The notes beneath the pieces are model-generated. The model worked only from the letters and a program-made list of their open reading frames with translations. It searched no databases and had not been told where the DNA came from. Shown here piece after piece: positions 48,944 through 51,174 of a stretch of 51,174 nt of DNA. The stretch covers positions 1 through 51,174 of the forward strand of contig KE560866.1 of NCBI GenBank assembly GCA_000442015.1, read 5' to 3'. The position numbers and the translations under genes were made by a program. Position 1 is the first letter of the stretch, and each line of letters opens with the position of its first letter. This DNA is from Rozella allomycis CSF55. Taxonomy: Eukaryota.

Positions 48944-49423
48944 ATGACTTTTGGAACTGGCTTCACCTGTAGAATATTTTATTTACAAGTTAATAATACA
49001 ATCGTTCCCGTTCGACTTTATAAAAGACAGTATAAAGATAAATTTGTAACTCGCAAACTTCTGGATTATTGTCTACAGAAAATCAAGGATAAGATTAAAT
49101 TGCATCTGCAATACCCAGAGAAAAAAATATTGGATACTACGCTTTATTTAAAATTGCCAGATAATAATATACATCTGGCATATCATATGGTGGCCAAAAG
49201 CCAACAACAGTCAAATTCATTAATCTTCTTTCAACGCACTAAAGACATCCAGAAAGGATTAGAAAGTTCTATTGTTAATCCATATGTTGAACGGAGCTTA
49301 TCGCCATTGATTTTAGAGCTTGTCATTGAGAGGATGGACAGAAACAATCCTATGCCCCCATCTCATCCAATGGTGAATTATAGTAATGCGAACTCAATTT
49401 TTCAATACTTTTCATTTGCTTAA
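48944..49423 (+). CDS. Hypothetical protein (159 aa)
   Basis: Clean ATG-to-stop ORF, divergent from the helicase. Confidence 0.55.
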   Translation: MTFGTGFTCRIFYLQVNNTIVPVRLYKRQYKDKFVTRKLLDYCLQKIKDKIKLHLQYPEKKILDTTLYLKLPDNNIHLAYHMVAKSQQQSNSLIFFQRTKDIQKGLESSIVNPYVERSLSPLILELVIERMDRNNPMPPSHPMVNYSNANSIFQYFSFA

Positions 49424-49459
49424 ACACCTTATCACAGTTCAATTAGGATCCAAATTAAA

Positions 49460-50695
49460 TTAGTTTATTAAGTGTAAATTATCATTGAAAATAAATGTTT
49501 CCGTTTCAGAAATAGACGAGTTTTCCACAAAGAATTTTGACGAAATTCTAAGGCATTTATTCGTGCTTGGCAATCCAATTAATTTAAAGTGTTTTGTTTG
49601 AGTCTTATACAATTTAAAGCCGCTATCTTTCAAAATACTAATGAATTGATCGCCCCTATCTTTTTTACTATTGTACTTTAAGGAAATTCTATTATTGTAT
49701 AAATTGAAGTTATTCATTATATCTTTTCCAAGAGAATTCCAATTTGACAACTTATTGTATTCGTGGCGACCCAGAGTCATTAGTTCAGGCAATTTAATCC
49801 CGTGATTATGTATAACATTCTTTAGCTTTTTATTTATAGTTGTAAAGGCTTTTATATCTTTCAACGAAACAATTGAGTTTCCAATGGCTCTTTTCATCAT
49901 TTCCTTCAGATTCCTTCCCATGTTTTCTAAATATTTACATCCATAACAGATAGCAGTTAATTTAAAACGTCCATCTGCTTCAATGTAATTGTATTGATTA
50001 TTTTCCAAAATATGAGACCTTAAATAGATCAAATAATCAAGTTCCTCCAGTAAGTACTCTCTTGGTAAATGTATTTGTCCCTTTTCGCTTTCAATATATA
50101 ACCTCCAGCGAAAAAGATCTTCCAATTGCTCTGGGTTTACTAAAATACCATGCGAATTCAAATATTCCTGTGATTGTCGGATTTCATAGTTGCATAACAG
50201 CTCAAAGCGTCTAATATCCCCATCAAAGTTAAACTTTGATACCATAATCCAGAAATGCTTTCGTACTTCCATCCTTGAATAATGATTCATCAATTCATCG
50301 AGCAGCCATTTGCTAACTTCAGCTGTTGTGACCTTTTTTGTAACAAACAGGTGTTTTAAATATTTTTTCGTGAAAGGATATAAATTGTCATTTGTCTTTA
50401 AAATTGAATATGATTTTGACATAGATTCATAATAGTTTAACATCGGGGCGATTTGACAATAGTGCCTATTGACTATTCCTTCTATTGTTTGAGTGCCAAC
50501 AATGTTATCATCGATTGTTTCAATAAGTTCATAAAGCTCATCGTCTGATTTAATGGACGAATAATTGTAATGCTCTTCATATTTGCTTTGTGAAACAGAC
50601 AATAAATCCCAATCTTCTCCATTTTCAACAACGCATCCAGGCAATACAAAGTAATTGGAAACAGCGAGGATCGTAATAACATAAATGTACTTCAT
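49460..50695 (-). CDS. Hypothetical, possibly secreted, intronless protein
   Basis: Met at 50695 starts a hydrophobic leader MKYIYVITILAVSNYFVLPG; ~410-codon ORF. Confidence 0.65.
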   Translation of the reverse strand: MKYIYVITILAVSNYFVLPGCVVENGEDWDLLSVSQSKYEEHYNYSSIKSDDELYELIETIDDNIVGTQTIEGIVNRHYCQIAPMLNYYESMSKSYSILKTNDNLYPFTKKYLKHLFVTKKVTTAEVSKWLLDELMNHYSRMEVRKHFWIMVSKFNFDGDIRRFELLCNYEIRQSQEYLNSHGILVNPEQLEDLFRWRLYIESEKGQIHLPREYLLEELDYLIYLRSHILENNQYNYIEADGRFKLTAICYGCKYLENMGRNLKEMMKRAIGNSIVSLKDIKAFTTINKKLKNVIHNHGIKLPELMTLGRHEYNKLSNWNSLGKDIMNNFNLYNNRISLKYNSKKDRGDQFISILKDSGFKLYKTQTKHFKLIGLPSTNKCLRISSKFFVENSSISETETFIFNDNLHLIN

Positions 50696-51174
50696 GTTAA
50701 TGCCCAAATGTCCGTGGCCTACACACGTGCAGAAACAAACATTTATGGTAATCAAATATAGGAATAACTAGCACGTGAAATGTGCTCGATTTAAAATCTG
50801 ACAATTTTCATCACATTATGATTGTAGGTTTAGTATAGTTGAATTCAAATCCACTTCAACTGCTACAGGCCAAATTTTACACAGGATTAAACTTGAATTG
50901 CATTATCTAAATTACAGTTTTTAAAAAATAGATATTTTAATATGTTTATTCCAACAGGAATGAGGAAGTTTATTTCTGGTATAATTTCAGTTTCACACTC
51001 TCCCAGCCAATGCCCGGTTTGGCAAATGTCCACGATGTCAACAGTGAAAGCATCCCGCCCAGTGCGCCCACCCAACTCAACGAAACACAAAACCCTTACT
51101 CTACTGCGGTATGTGATCGGATTCGATATCTATCCATCACACTATTTGAATGGCAGGAACAAGTCTCGCAGTGC

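Noticed and set aside
50887-51174. GC-richer stretch with open frames at the window end
   Set aside because: Truncated by the window with no recognisable motif; strand and product cannot be assigned.
1-51174. CRISPR arrays, rRNA genes, prokaryotic operons
   Set aside because: No repeat-spacer arrays or rRNA-like sequence; the DNA is intron-containing eukaryotic sequence.

Overview
AT-rich, very gene-dense eukaryotic DNA with tiny GT-AG introns (mostly 26-30 nt) and intergenic gaps as short as 14-21 bp. Gene content points to a flagellated early-diverging fungus, most consistent with a Rozella/Cryptomycota-type endoparasite (inference): fungal-type Cyr1 adenylate cyclase, DASH subunits and Heh1/Src1 occur together with a CatSper-type channel, a CHD7-class remodeler and RADX. 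The window holds about 30 protein genes and 3 tRNAs. Housekeeping genes: GPN1, DBP10, EXO1, CYR1, ICT1/PTH4, a DNAJB12-like protein, THS1, two LMBR1-family genes, SRC1/HEH1, DPM1, a CHD7-like remodeler and a DEAD-box helicase. Not visible in the ORF track: a head-to-head Hsk3/Dad3 DASH gene pair 14 bp apart, a spliced RADX homologue, a Kelch-TM-pseudokinase, a linker-histone-domain coiled-coil protein opposite HEH1, and a 2x28-nt tandem intron in DPM1. A decaying bacterial-type patch at 44.3-47 kb holds intron-bearing Rpn PD-(D/E)XK nuclease fragments in inverted repeat plus a COG4757-type hydrolase. Several candidate secreted effectors are present, one with an F-box-like motif. The first 4.8 kb has five single-N joins flanked by near-identical duplicates, probably uncollapsed alleles. 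Family calls come from motif recognition by eye; no searches were run.
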